The position numbers and the translations under genes were made by a program. A stretch of 64,000 bases of DNA from Rubrobacteraceae bacterium (lineage in GTDB: Bacteria > Actinomycetota > Rubrobacteria > Rubrobacterales > Rubrobacteraceae). The stretch lies in assembly GCA_035645375.1 (NCBI GenBank), contig DASQMR010000353.1:12555-76554 (forward strand), given 5' to 3'. How positions within the stretch are numbered: the first letter of the stretch is position 1; each line of letters opens with the position of its first letter. Under the pieces are notes generated by a model that was not told the origin of the DNA, made no database searches, and saw nothing but the letters and a program-made list of their open reading frames with translations. This document shows positions 1-10,081 of this stretch, piece by piece.

Positions 1-538
1 GGTCACCTATGTAGACGGAAAGCCTAGCGTTTTTGAGTCGTCGGAGGAGATTTGGGACTTCGCCAACGAAGACCGGGATAATAGGGGCGTTTGAGCGGGC
101 GGAGATCATCGCGATACCGGTCTTGGGTGCATCTGTGGGATCGTAACTCTTGCGGCGGGTGCCTTCGGGGAAGATGCCCAGGGCCCAGTTCGCGGCCAAA
201 AGGTCGAGGGAGGTCTTGAGCGCGGCGCGGGCGCCCCTCTGACGGTCTACGGGGAAGGCGCCAATAAAGAAGAAGAGCCTGTCGAATGGGGAGATAAAGA
301 GCTCCTTTTTCGCCATCCACTGTATCCTGCGAGGAACAGCCATCGAGACGAGTACAGGGTCGGCATACCTGCGGTGATTTGACGCGATTATAAGTGGGCC
401 CTCTTTTGGGACCTTCTCTACGCCGTGAACGACAAACCCGAACAGTACCCACCCGAGCAGGATCACTGCACGTCTGAAGAGGCGATATCGGGCCGACATG
501 CCGCGTGAGACGTCTTTTTCTAGCCTACTGGCCTCCAT
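1..538 (-). CDS. plsC: 1-acyl-sn-glycerol-3-phosphate acyltransferase (partial, runs off window)
   Basis: Not in the ORF track. Manual translation from ATG at 538 gives MEASRLEKDV...LIIASNHRRYADP...MAKKELF...GAFPVDR...GIFPEGTRR, containing the HxxxxD and FPEGTR motifs. Follows cmk. Confidence 0.9.
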   Translation of the reverse strand, partial: MEASRLEKDVSRGMSARYRLFRRAVILLGWVLFGFVVHGVEKVPKEGPLIIASNHRRYADPVLVSMAVPRRIQWMAKKELFISPFDRLFFFIGAFPVDRQRGARAALKTSLDLLAANWALGIFPEGTRRKSYDPTDAPKTGIAMISARSNAPIIPVFVGEVPNLLRRLKNARLSVYIGD

Positions 539-544
539 AAGGCT

Positions 545-1228
545 CTAGACGGTTCCCGAGGCCCAGCCGCCGGCGGTAGCTCCACGTTTGTGGGCTAGCT
601 CTACGACGCGTGAGACGACCTCCTCGAGGGAGAGCTCGGTGGTGTCGAGGACGACAGCATCAGGGGCGGGCATGAGGGGAGACGCCTCACGCTCGGAGTC
701 GCGCCTGTCGCGCGTGTCGATAGCTTCGCGGATGCGATCCAACTCATCTTCGCGTCCGGTCTGGTGGGCGCGACGTCGGGCCCGCTCCTCGGGCGAGGCC
801 GATAGAAACACCTTAAGGTCGGCCGCGGGTAAAACCACGGTCCCGATATCCCGTCCCTCGACTATCGCCCCGCCCGGGGCGCTCTCTGCCGCTAGCCGCT
901 GCCTCTCGACGAGGATCTCTCTAAGTCGCGGGTGGGCGCTTACCCTAGAAGAGGCAGCGGCCACTGCGGGGGAACGGAGGGCATCATCCGCGATGGGCTC
1001 CCCCTTGTAGAAGACTCCGTCCGCTGCAAGGTCTACAAGCTCGCCTACAGAGGCTAGAGCTGCAGCGTCGTCCAGGGAGATCTCATCCCGAAGCGCCACT
1101 AGGGCGACGGCCCGGTAGGTAGCCCCCGTGTTCAGGTTAACCAGCCCCAGGCATTCGGCTACGGTTCGGGCCACCGAGCTCTTGCCGCTACCGGCGGGGC
1201 CGTCTATCGCTACGATTAGTCCTCTCAT
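545..1228 (-). CDS. cmk: Cytidylate kinase
   Basis: AIDGPAGSGKSS, EGRDIGTVV, RDRRDSER motifs. Confidence 0.96.
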   Translation of the reverse strand: MRGLIVAIDGPAGSGKSSVARTVAECLGLVNLNTGATYRAVALVALRDEISLDDAAALASVGELVDLAADGVFYKGEPIADDALRSPAVAAASSRVSAHPRLREILVERQRLAAESAPGGAIVEGRDIGTVVLPAADLKVFLSASPEERARRRAHQTGREDELDRIREAIDTRDRRDSEREASPLMPAPDAVVLDTTELSLEEVVSRVVELAHKRGATAGGWASGTV

Positions 1229-1238
1229 TAATATGCTG

Positions 1239-1244
1239 AGTATA
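1239..1244 (-). promoter_or_regulatory. Putative -10 element (TATACT) for cmk, near-leaderless
   Basis: TATACT 10 nt before the ATG; no SD sequence. Confidence 0.4.
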
Positions 1245-1262
1245 TCCGAAACCCGGCCCGCT

Positions 1263-2615
1263 TTATCGTAGGGAATCTAACAGATGGAAGTAGTCGGGGA
1301 AGGTCTTGGTCACGCAGCCAGGGTTCTGTATGCGTATCCCCGGCGTCACTAGCCCGGTCACCGCAAAGGCCATCGCCATGCGATGGTCGCCGTAGGTTCT
1401 TACAAGGGCCGGATGAACGGGACCGGACTCTATTCGAAGCCCGTCACGCCACTCCTCTGCCCTTACCCCGAGACGTGTTAGCTCGGTAACCACAGCGCTT
1501 ATGCGGTCGGTCTCCTGATGGCGGGTATGCTCGACGTTCTTTATGGTCGTCGGACCCTTGGCGTAGGGCGCTATAGCCGCTAGCGTCATCATGGTGTCCG
1601 AGAAGGCATTCATGTCCACCTCGACCCCCCGCAGCCGCTCTGGCCCGCGCACCGAAACGCGATCCGCGCTTACCTGCACCTCGCAGCCCATCCCCGCGAG
1701 CACCTCGGTAAACTTCATGTCTCCCTGCATCGAACCCGCGCCCAGACCCGCTATCTCTACCCTCCCCCCCAAAACGGCAGCCGCCGCCATGAAATACGAA
1801 GCCCCAGAGGCGTCCGGCTCGATAGCGTAATCACGAGCCCTGTAGGAACCGGGCGAGACGGCGAACCGCCCGTAACGCTCCCCCACCTCAGGCTCAATCC
1901 CAAACTCGCTCATGACTTCTACCGTGATACCGACATACGGCGTGGAGACGAGCCCACCCTCGACCTCGAGCACCACCTCTCCTGCAGCGTAAGGAGCGGC
2001 CATGAGGAGCCCGCTAAGGAACTGGCTGCTCTTGCTTCCCTTGACCCTGGCGACTCCGCCCTGCAGCCCTCCCCCGACCAAGATCAGGGGAAATCTGCCC
2101 TCTTCTCCCCCGTACCCGACCTCTGCCCCGAGCCCGCGCATCGCCTCCACCAGGTCCCTGACAGGGCGTTCCCGCATCCGGGGCACGCCGTCGACTCGGT
2201 ACGGCCCCTCGCCTAGCGCGAGCGCCGGCGGAAGGAACCTTGCGACCGTCCCCGCGTTTCCTACATACAAATTTACATCGCTCTCGGGGATTATGCCGGC
2301 TTGTCCTTGTATCGTAGCGAAGCCCCCGGCGCGGTCGGCCTCAACAGAGAATCCGAGGCGAACGAGGGCATCCATGAGCCAGTAGGAGTCGTCGCTTAGG
2401 AGGGGGTTTTTTATGGTGGAGCGGCCGTCGGCGAGAGCGGCAACCAGAAGGGCGCGATTGGTGAGGCTCTTGGAGCCGGGTACCTGAACGGTCGCGTCTA
2501 CGGGCCTTTCGAGCGGGACTATCTCTAGCTCGTCGGGGAAGCCTCCGCGGACGTCTTCGATAGAGAAGTCAACACCCGGCACGCCAACGACCGGCCTCAT
2601 CGAGGCGCCGCTCAT
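1263..2615 (-). CDS. aroA: EPSP synthase
   Basis: PGSKSLTNR, GNAGTVARF, SSQFLS, ETDRI, DHRMAM, KTFPDYF. Confidence 0.97.
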   Translation of the reverse strand: MSGASMRPVVGVPGVDFSIEDVRGGFPDELEIVPLERPVDATVQVPGSKSLTNRALLVAALADGRSTIKNPLLSDDSYWLMDALVRLGFSVEADRAGGFATIQGQAGIIPESDVNLYVGNAGTVARFLPPALALGEGPYRVDGVPRMRERPVRDLVEAMRGLGAEVGYGGEEGRFPLILVGGGLQGGVARVKGSKSSQFLSGLLMAAPYAAGEVVLEVEGGLVSTPYVGITVEVMSEFGIEPEVGERYGRFAVSPGSYRARDYAIEPDASGASYFMAAAAVLGGRVEIAGLGAGSMQGDMKFTEVLAGMGCEVQVSADRVSVRGPERLRGVEVDMNAFSDTMMTLAAIAPYAKGPTTIKNVEHTRHQETDRISAVVTELTRLGVRAEEWRDGLRIESGPVHPALVRTYGDHRMAMAFAVTGLVTPGIRIQNPGCVTKTFPDYFHLLDSLR

Positions 2616-3310
2616 CGCAGCCCCGCCAACTCATCGGAGGAGAGGGAGCGGTAGCGGCCCTCGGGAATAGAGCCAAGCCTGACAGGGCCGACGCGGACAC
2701 GCTTCAAACCCTTGAGATCGAGTCCGGCAGCCCTACACGCTCGACGTATTATGCGGTTACGGCCTTCATGTATGGTTAGGTTCAGGGTAGTCTGGGCGGG
2801 ACCACGGCGGATGTTGGTGATCTTCGGGGGAAGCATCTTGCCGTCTTCGAGATGCGGACCGGCAGCCAAGGCGGCGAGACGTTCCTCGTGGACGGGGTTT
2901 TTCAGGGTCAGCTCGTACTCCTTCTCTATCTCGGATGAGGGGTGGGCGACGTGGTGAGCTAGCGATCCGTCGTTGGTCAAGAGAAGGAGTCCGACGGTTG
3001 CGGCATCGAGGCGGCCAATGGGGACGAGCCCGGGGATGCCTTGGGGCATAAGGTCTGCGACCGTTTTGCGGCCACGCTCATCGTTGAGGGTTGTCAGGTA
3101 GCCGGCGGGTTTGTTCAAGGCGAGGGAGGAGTGTGCAAAGGGGAGCTCGACCGGATGGCCATCCAGGAGAACGTGGTCGGCTGGAGAGGCACTCTCGCCC
3201 AGAGAAGCGATGTGGCCGTTCAATCTCACTCTTCCAGCGGAGATCAGTGCTTCAGCCTTGCGGCGGGAACGGGCGGCTCCGCTACGGGCCAAAAAAGCCT
3301 GGAGACGCAA
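2612..3310 (-). CDS. rluB: rRNA pseudouridine synthase, RsuA/RluB family
   Basis: S4 domain (SRRKAE), GRLD, EGRNRIIRR; adjacent to scpB. Confidence 0.9.
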   Translation of the reverse strand: MRLQAFLARSGAARSRRKAEALISAGRVRLNGHIASLGESASPADHVLLDGHPVELPFAHSSLALNKPAGYLTTLNDERGRKTVADLMPQGIPGLVPIGRLDAATVGLLLLTNDGSLAHHVAHPSSEIEKEYELTLKNPVHEERLAALAAGPHLEDGKMLPPKITNIRRGPAQTTLNLTIHEGRNRIIRRACRAAGLDLKGLKRVRVGPVRLGSIPEGRYRSLSSDELAGLR

Positions 3311-3312
3311 CG

Positions 3313-3942
3313 TTAAACGTCTCCCTGGTTACGGGCTTCTACAGAGGGTTCGGCGACGCCGCTCACACGCTCTCGGACGCGTGAGACCTCCGCCTCGTCG
3401 ACGATCTCCGCGAGGTCGGGGAAGTCTTCGCGACTCCGGGCGCCGGCGGCGAGGAGGAAATCCTCGGTGACATCCAGGAGGGCGGGTGAACCTGGGCTCG
3501 TCTGATCGCGTCCGGCTTCGATCAGGAGGTTTCGGTCGAGGAGGCTACGGACGACAGCGTCCGAGTTCACGCCCCGGGCGACGTTGACGCCGGCGCGCGT
3601 GAGCGGACCCAGGTAGAGGACGCAAGAGAGGACCTCGTGGGCCGCACCGGAGAGCGGGGCCGGACGGGCCTCCTCACGGAACCGCTCGACGGCAACGGCG
3701 CAAGACGGGTTCGTCACGAGCTGGTAGCCACCGGCGACCTCGCGAAGCACGATGCCCGAGGATTCAGGGGAGAAGCGTGCTTCAAGAGCTTCCAACCCCG
3801 CGCGTACCTCAGGCTCGGGGAGGTCGCTCGCTGCGATGAGGTCCGGAAGGGTCACGGGACGGGGGCTCACCAGCAGAACAGCCTCGATCAGAGCTGGAAC
3901 GCTTGCTGCTGAGTTTTCAAGATCATCTCTTTGTGCGCTCAT
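3313..3942 (-). CDS. scpB: SMC-Scp complex subunit ScpB
   Basis: IEAVL, LREVAGGYQL, LSGAAHEVL, RGVNSD. Confidence 0.92.
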   Translation of the reverse strand: MSAQRDDLENSAASVPALIEAVLLVSPRPVTLPDLIAASDLPEPEVRAGLEALEARFSPESSGIVLREVAGGYQLVTNPSCAVAVERFREEARPAPLSGAAHEVLSCVLYLGPLTRAGVNVARGVNSDAVVRSLLDRNLLIEAGRDQTSPGSPALLDVTEDFLLAAGARSREDFPDLAEIVDEAEVSRVRERVSGVAEPSVEARNQGDV

Positions 3943-4688
3943 TTCGGGGGCTCCAAGGTCAGAGGGCCGAAGGGTTCGGATTGGACGAGGGTCAGACGGC
4001 CTTGCGCAGCCAGCGAGAGGGCGGCGGCGAAAGCGACGGCTGAGCTAAGCCGGTCCATCTCACGGACGAGATCCTCGTAGGAGACAGGTCCATGAACCAG
4101 GGAGGACCGGATAAGGGCGGCCAGCTCGGCTACGGTCACGGTGACGGTTCCGAGATGCCCGATGGCAGGCTCGGCGGTCCGCAGAAACGCCCGCCGGGCC
4201 GCCATGGCGAGCCGGTCCGCATTCAGACGGAGACGCCCCGGACGCGGGCGCAGGGCATGAGCCGAGGGGTAGTAGGTACTGTTTCTTGAGATCCTCTCGC
4301 GCAGGGCCTCGGCGCCACGTTTTATCTTGAGGTAGGTGACGAGGCGTTCTTCGAGGTCTTCAGGTGAGGGGCCTGTATCAACGCCGTCTTCTCCTTCTGC
4401 CTCTGTTGAGTACGGGGCGAGGGCGCGACCTTTCAGGAGAATCAGGGAGGTAGCCGAATCGACGAAATCGGTGTCGCGTTCGAGGGCGCCGGGGGTCTCG
4501 CCGCGGGGGGCGGGCGGGTTAGCGTTGCGGTAAAGCGAGACAAGCTCGCGTAAGGGTATCTCGAATATCTCCACCTCCTCCTTGAGGATCAGGGCTAGCA
4601 GCCCCTCGTACGGGCCGGAGTACACGTCGAGCTCGATGGTAAAAGACGCGAGCGAGCGGTCTTTAATGTCTCCCTTCTCCTTGTTCAT
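3939..4688 (-). CDS. scpA: Segregation/condensation protein ScpA (divergent)
   Basis: LDVYSGPYEGLLALI N-terminus, QSEPFGPL C-terminus; directly upstream of scpB. Confidence 0.85.
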   Translation of the reverse strand: MNKEKGDIKDRSLASFTIELDVYSGPYEGLLALILKEEVEIFEIPLRELVSLYRNANPPAPRGETPGALERDTDFVDSATSLILLKGRALAPYSTEAEGEDGVDTGPSPEDLEERLVTYLKIKRGAEALRERISRNSTYYPSAHALRPRPGRLRLNADRLAMAARRAFLRTAEPAIGHLGTVTVTVAELAALIRSSLVHGPVSYEDLVREMDRLSSAVAFAAALSLAAQGRLTLVQSEPFGPLTLEPPK

Positions 4689-5818
4689 CGGGCCTCCTGG
4701 TGCAGCGGGAGGACAGACTGCAGGAGATGGTGGTCTTTTGCGTGCTCGCGGGCCAGAGTGGCGTCCACCGTACGGCCTTCGACCACGGCGGCCCCGCGTC
4801 TCAGTCCGGCATCTGCGTTGAGAGCGTCCACGAGGCCACGGCCCGCTATCTTCTGGACGTAGGGCAGGAGGGCGTTGGAGAGGGCCCGCGTAGCGGTCAC
4901 GGGGACGGCAGCGGGGACGTTTTTCACACAGTAGTGGGTTACGCCTGCCTCGACGAAGGTGGGTTCTTCGAGCGTCGTTGGTCGGGAAGTCTCTACCGAG
5001 CCGCCCTGGTCCACATCCACGTCCACGACGACGCTACCCGCCTTCATCTCCTCCACAGTCACGCGGTCCACGAGGTGGGGAGTTTTAGAGCTTACGACCA
5101 GGATCGCGCCTATCAAAAGATCGGCGCGTGGTACGACTTCTCTTATACCCATCCTGCTTGCAGCGAGCGTCGTCACCCCGCCGAGGCGCATTTCCTCGAC
5201 GCTTCTGAGGCGGTCGATATCTCGGTCGACCACGACGACTTCCGCCCCCAGGCCGCTCGCCACACGAGCCGCGCGCGCTCCCACAATGCCCGCGCCGAGG
5301 ATGACGACGCGGCCCGGCCGTACCCCGACGGCGCCTCCCAGCAGAATGCCGCGCCCGCCTTCGGGTCCCTGGAGGTAGCGCGCGCCTATCTGAGGGACAA
5401 GGCTGCCGGCGATCTCGCTCATCGGCTTCAGGATGGGCAGAGCTCCTCGCTCATTTTGGACGGTCTCGGCCGAGAACGCCGCGCACCGAGAATCCAGCAG
5501 CGCCTCGAGGAGACAGTGGTTTATGCTTAAGGAGAGAAACGCCATCAGCACAAGGCCCTCTCTCAGATACCCGTACTCTCCGGGAACGGGACCGTAAACT
5601 TTCGGGACGAGCTCAGAGTCACGCCACACGATCTCGGGGTCGCGCGTGAGCTTCGCCCCCGCCCCCTCATACTCCTCGTTTGAAAGGGCCGACTGTGTTC
5701 CCGCGTCGGCTTCCACACGAACCCTGTGTCCGGCTCGGGTTAGCTCGTGGACCGCGTGCGGCGTGAGGGCGACCCGGCTCTCTCCGGGTACAAGCTCGCG
5801 CACGACTCCGATCCTCAC
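4685..5818 (-). CDS. ald: Alanine dehydrogenase-like protein (catalytic Lys and His apparently substituted)
   Basis: GTG at 5818 with SD AGAGGAGG; ESRVALTP, PMSEIAG, GAGIVG, DQGG. Has KVYGP for KVKEP and FLSL for YLHL. Confidence 0.8.
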   Translation of the reverse strand: MRIGVVRELVPGESRVALTPHAVHELTRAGHRVRVEADAGTQSALSNEEYEGAGAKLTRDPEIVWRDSELVPKVYGPVPGEYGYLREGLVLMAFLSLSINHCLLEALLDSRCAAFSAETVQNERGALPILKPMSEIAGSLVPQIGARYLQGPEGGRGILLGGAVGVRPGRVVILGAGIVGARAARVASGLGAEVVVVDRDIDRLRSVEEMRLGGVTTLAASRMGIREVVPRADLLIGAILVVSSKTPHLVDRVTVEEMKAGSVVVDVDVDQGGSVETSRPTTLEEPTFVEAGVTHYCVKNVPAAVPVTATRALSNALLPYVQKIAGRGLVDALNADAGLRRGAAVVEGRTVDATLAREHAKDHHLLQSVLPLHQEAR

Positions 5819-5910
5819 AGAGCCTCCTCTTTCAACGCCCCACACAGAGAGATAGGTTTGACTAGGAAATTTCGTTTCATGTTTAGCAAGGTTACCTTGA
5901 AGATCGCCTC

Positions 5911-6516
5911 CTATCCACCCAAGCCTCGCTCGATAGGAGCGGTTACCAAGCGAAACGGTCGAAGAGAGCATTCGAGCGTCGCGCTGAAACCACGGCACCC
6001 TACCGAGATACCGGTGCCGGACGGTAGAGGATCCCAGGAGGGACCAAAGCTCACGCGATGACCGGCTTCCCACAGATGTCGGGCCAGCCTCTCCAGAAGG
6101 ATGGCGGGGGGTGCCGTGGGAGACGCAATGCGGATGGCACGCGTCTCAAGCACGGCTTCCGCCAGAGCAGCATGTTCGCTCACCTGGCGCAGAACAAGGT
6201 CTAGAGAGGCAGCTAAGTGGTCAGTACGGGGAGCGCGTATCTCACAAGAGAGCCGGTGAGCCCCCGGAGCCTCGTAGGACAGGCGGAAATCGTAAAGCTT
6301 ACCTCTTGGTAGGCACAGCCCTTCGACGCCTGGCCCCTCTGGTATCACTTCGTCGGGAGGATAAACGAGCGTAGCTTCAAAAGAGATCGCCCCTGCGTTG
6401 ACGGTAGCGATCTTACCCGGCGGCTCACCGGGGAGCAGCGCGAGGGCAGGATGCTCTGTCGACGCTCCGCCGCTGCCTGAGAATGCCTCTTGTACCGGGC
6501 CTACGACGTCTCTCAG
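5911..6516 (-). CDS. Hypothetical protein, weak resemblance to the C-terminal half of an M20 (peptidase T-like) hydrolase
   Basis: Frame stays open from a CTG overlapping the pyrG stop (CTGA) to 5911; ORF-track start is GTG 6348; fills the pyrG-ald gap. Confidence 0.6.
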   Translation of the reverse strand: MRDVVGPVQEAFSGSGGASTEHPALALLPGEPPGKIATVNAGAISFEATLVYPPDEVIPEGPGVEGLCLPRGKLYDFRLSYEAPGAHRLSCEIRAPRTDHLAASLDLVLRQVSEHAALAEAVLETRAIRIASPTAPPAILLERLARHLWEAGHRVSFGPSWDPLPSGTGISVGCRGFSATLECSLRPFRLVTAPIERGLGG

Positions 6517-8222
6517 CGGGCGGTCCGCTCCCCTACCTGTGACGGGATGGCTTGTTCTTGGACAGCATCCCGGTCCGTCTCAACGACTTCTTTCCGGCCA
6601 GCCCTACAGGCACCGATAAAGCCTTTAAAGAGTGGATGGGGCCTCAAAGGGCGGCTTTTGAACTCTGGATGGAACTGACTCCCGATAAAGAACGGATGGT
6701 CTTCGATCTCGGCGATCTCGATGAGTCTACCGTCCGGCGAGGTACCGGAGAAGACCATGCCGGCCAGGGACAACGCATCCCGGTAGCTGTTGTTTACCTC
6801 GTAACGGTGACGATGGCGCTCGTAGACGAGCCCGTCGCCGGCCTCCTCGTTGTAGACCTCACCAGCCTGAGTACCCTGCTGCAACCTGCACGGGTAACGA
6901 CCGAGGCGCATCGTTCCGCCCATCTCGACGCCCACCTGATCCGGCATGATGTCGATGACCTTATGTGGGCTCTCGGGATCGAACTCCGCTGAGCTCGCCT
7001 TCTCAAAACCCGCCACGTTGCGAGCGTATTCGATTACCGCTATCTGCATCCCAAGGCACAGACCTAGGTACGGGGTACCACTCTCCCTCGCGTATCGGGC
7101 CGCCTCTATCTTCCCCTCTGTTCCGCGGTCTCCAAATCCGGGAAGTACCAGTACGCCGGCCGCACCGGCGAGGCGCTCAGCGGTCGCTTCGCGGTCCGTC
7201 AGATCTTCGGCGTCTACCCAGTCTATCTCGACCTGTACGCCGTGCTCCCCGCCCGCGTGGCCGAGGGCCTCGACGATGGAGAGGTAGGAGTCCTGAAGCT
7301 TCACATACTTACCGACGATGGCAACCCTTACCGAATCCTCGGCCGAGAGCATCCGGTCAACTAGCGTCTTCCATTCGGTTAGCTCCGGGGGCGGGGCGGG
7401 CAGGCTCAGCTTCTCCAGCACCAACTCGTCCAGCCGCTCCTCGTGGAGGGTCAGCGGGATCGCGTACAGTGTCGGCGCGTTCTCTGCGGGGATCACCGAG
7501 TCGAGTTCCGTATCGGAGAACAGCGAGATCTTGCGCCGCACGTCCTCATCTATCGGTCTATCCGCCCGGCAGATGATCAGGTCAGGCGATATGCCGATCT
7601 GACGCAGCGTCTGGACTGAGTGCTGGGTCGGTTTGCTCTTGAGTTCCCCGGCCGCCTCGATGTACGGGACGTAGGAGACGTGGACATAGAGCACGTTCTT
7701 GCGCCCCACGTCGTTGCGGAACTGCCTTATGGCTTCGAGGAACGGCAGGCTCTCGATATCGCCAACCGTACCTCCGATCTCGGTGATGACGATGTCTTTC
7801 TCCTGCCCGAGACGTCCGATCCTGCTCTTGATCTCGTTAGTTATGTGCGGGATGACCTGGACGGTTGCTCCAAGGTAATCTCCCCGCCGTTCGCGCTGGA
7901 TCACCTCCCAGTACACGCTGCCGGTCGTGACGTTAGAGAGCTTGCCCAGGTTCTCGTCGAGGAAACGCTCGTAGTGACCGAGGTCCAGGTCCGTCTCCGC
8001 CCCATCCTCCGTGACGAAGACCTCGCCGTGCTGGTAGGGGTTCATGGTCCCGGGGTCCACGTTTATGTATGGATCGAATTTCTGCAAGACGACCCTGTAG
8101 CCCCGACTCTTGAGCAACATCCCCAAAGCCGCGGCACTAGTCCCCTTGCCGATAGAAGAGACCACCCCACCAGTGACGAAGACGTACTTGGTATCCGCTG
8201 CCGTCTCCGTCAAATCAACCAC
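6513..8222 (-). CDS. pyrG: CTP synthase
   Basis: [42 protein letters not shown]. Confidence 0.98.
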   Translation of the reverse strand: MVDLTETAADTKYVFVTGGVVSSIGKGTSAAALGMLLKSRGYRVVLQKFDPYINVDPGTMNPYQHGEVFVTEDGAETDLDLGHYERFLDENLGKLSNVTTGSVYWEVIQRERRGDYLGATVQVIPHITNEIKSRIGRLGQEKDIVITEIGGTVGDIESLPFLEAIRQFRNDVGRKNVLYVHVSYVPYIEAAGELKSKPTQHSVQTLRQIGISPDLIICRADRPIDEDVRRKISLFSDTELDSVIPAENAPTLYAIPLTLHEERLDELVLEKLSLPAPPPELTEWKTLVDRMLSAEDSVRVAIVGKYVKLQDSYLSIVEALGHAGGEHGVQVEIDWVDAEDLTDREATAERLAGAAGVLVLPGFGDRGTEGKIEAARYARESGTPYLGLCLGMQIAVIEYARNVAGFEKASSAEFDPESPHKVIDIMPDQVGVEMGGTMRLGRYPCRLQQGTQAGEVYNEEAGDGLVYERHRHRYEVNNSYRDALSLAGMVFSGTSPDGRLIEIAEIEDHPFFIGSQFHPEFKSRPLRPHPLFKGFIGACRAGRKEVVETDRDAVQEQAIPSQVGERTAR

Positions 8223-8410
8223 ATCCTAAAGACTCGCAACCCTGCAAAAACCCTACCTTCTCTGTTTCTCTCACACTACCGATATTATTGGGCATGATAC
8301 GCCCCTCGATACCGAAATCAAACAGGGAAAGGGCTCCCCGCGTACAAGGCGATCGCACAACAGCGTAGAGGGCAGCATGAGAAGGACGTCAGCAAGTATC
8401 CTAATGCGGC

Positions 8411-10081
8411 TCAGCGACCGCCGACCAAAAGCTCCCGCGCGTGAGCGAGTGAGGCTTCGTCGACGCGCCCAGAGAGCATTCGGGCAAGCTCGCGGCGGCG
8501 CTCCTCACCTTCGACCCTGCGTATACTGGTAAGGGTGCGTCCGTCGTCTGTGGCGGCTTTGGCGACGACAACGTGGGAGGAGGCTTCGGAGGCAATCTGA
8601 GGTAGGTGCGTAATGGTGAGTACCTGGTTGCGCCCGCCGAGCTCCCTTAGCTTCGCTCCGACCGCTGTGGCCGTCTCGCCGCCGATTCCGGCATCGACCT
8701 CGTCGAAGATGTAGGTCGCGCCTGGCTCGACCCTACCCTGAGCGAGACGTATAGCGAGCATGATCCTGCTCAACTCGCCGCCCGAGGCAAACCTTCTGAC
8801 GGGCAACTCCGGCTCTCCCGGGTTCGACCGGATCACGAACTCGACCCGCTCTTTGCCATTTGGACCGAGTATTCCTTCAACCAGCTCTGCACGGAAAGTG
8901 GTCCGCCCCAAGTTCAAATCTCCGAGGTTCTCTTGCACCTTCCCCGATAGCTCCTCCGCCGCCCTCTCGCGCCCCGCCGAAAGGGTCTCCCCAAGCATTT
9001 CGAGCTCCGTCTCGCCTTGTCGGATGCGACCCTCTAGCCCCGCCGTCTCCTCCTCGAAGTTCTCCAAACGGGAGAGGCGTGCCTGGGCCTCGGCCATATA
9101 CGCCTCCACGTCCGGACCATACTTGCGCTCCAGCGCGCGCAAGGCCTGTATACGGTCCTCGACGACCTCCAGGCGGTTCGGGTCCGCTTCAAGCTCATCG
9201 AGGTAGGAGCGAAGCTCGTAGGCGACGTCCTGAAGCTCCGCCGAGAGCCCCCGCAGGCGGTTCAACAGCTCCCCGAGGCCCTCATCGTAGCCGGCCGCAC
9301 GATCCAGCTCGGTCTCCGCACGAGCTACGCCCTCGGCAGCGCTACCCTCCTCACCCGAGAGCGCGGTTCCGGCCGCCGCAGTCGTTGCTAGGAGGTCCGT
9401 AACGTTCCTGAGGCGGTCCCGCTCGCGCGCGAGGTCTTCGTACTCGGCGACGCTGTAGCCCGCCTCCTCAAGCTCCGCGACTTGGTAACGCAGGAACTCG
9501 ACTTCCCTTACGCGCGCCTCTGAGGAGGACCTCAGCTCCGCCAGCTTCCGCCGCTCTCTCTCTACCTCGCTCCACCGCTCCTCCAGAGCACCTTTCGCCC
9601 GCAGCGACTCCTCGTCCAGAAAGTCGTCGAGGATGCCGAGCTGCTCGGCGGGTTCTACGAGGCGGACCTGCTCCCTCTGACCATGATAAGAGACAAGCCG
9701 TTCGCCCAGGGCGGCGAGAGCCTTGACGGGGACGGTTACGCCGGCTACATAGCAACGCGACCGGCCCTCTTCAGAGAGGGTTCTACGCAGCACGATCTCC
9801 TCTTCGCCTTCCATCTCCTCAGCGAGATCTCCCAGGGAGTCGCGGAGCATCCTCTCGCCGATCCCTTCCGGCAATACAAAGGTACCTTCTATAGTCGCCT
9901 TCTTGGAACCCGAGCGGACCGCTTCGGCGCGGGCGCGTCCGCCCAGGAGCATCTGGAGAGCGGTGGCCAGCAGGGTCTTGCCCGCGCCCGTCTCGCCGGT
10001 GATAGCGTTCAGACCGGGCGCGAGTTCGAGGGTCGCCGTCTCGATTAGGGCCACGTTTTGTACGGATATCTCCGTGAGCAC
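8411..10081 (-). CDS. recN: DNA repair protein RecN
   Basis: TGETGAGKT, ASGGELSR, FDEVDAG, ITHLPQIA; likely GTG start overlapping the nadK stop. Confidence 0.96.
   Translation of the reverse strand: MLTEISVQNVALIETATLELAPGLNAITGETGAGKTLLATALQMLLGGRARAEAVRSGSKKATIEGTFVLPEGIGERMLRDSLGDLAEEMEGEEEIVLRRTLSEEGRSRCYVAGVTVPVKALAALGERLVSYHGQREQVRLVEPAEQLGILDDFLDEESLRAKGALEERWSEVERERRKLAELRSSSEARVREVEFLRYQVAELEEAGYSVAEYEDLARERDRLRNVTDLLATTAAAGTALSGEEGSAAEGVARAETELDRAAGYDEGLGELLNRLRGLSAELQDVAYELRSYLDELEADPNRLEVVEDRIQALRALERKYGPDVEAYMAEAQARLSRLENFEEETAGLEGRIRQGETELEMLGETLSAGRERAAEELSGKVQENLGDLNLGRTTFRAELVEGILGPNGKERVEFVIRSNPGEPELPVRRFASGGELSRIMLAIRLAQGRVEPGATYIFDEVDAGIGGETATAVGAKLRELGGRNQVLTITHLPQIASEASSHVVVAKAATDDGRTLTSIRRVEGEERRRELARMLSGRVDEASLAHARELLVGGR

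Noticed and set aside
24-452. 142-aa minus-strand ORF in the track
   Set aside because: Wrong frame; the real gene is plsC (1-538)
4685-5818. NAD(P) transhydrogenase alpha subunit as an alternative call
   Set aside because: Has Ald-type PMSEIAG and GRGILLGG, lacks the RAQ loop, and no pntB is adjacent
5819-6073. Long N-terminal extensions in the ORF track (ald; likewise tlyA, ispA, pyrB, pyrD, murD, dgt, yggU)
   Set aside because: They overlap upstream genes and lack homology; downstream starts fit better
8223-8410. Bacillus-type pyrG reiterative-transcription attenuator
   Set aside because: No convincing GGGC start plus terminator hairpin with a U-tract
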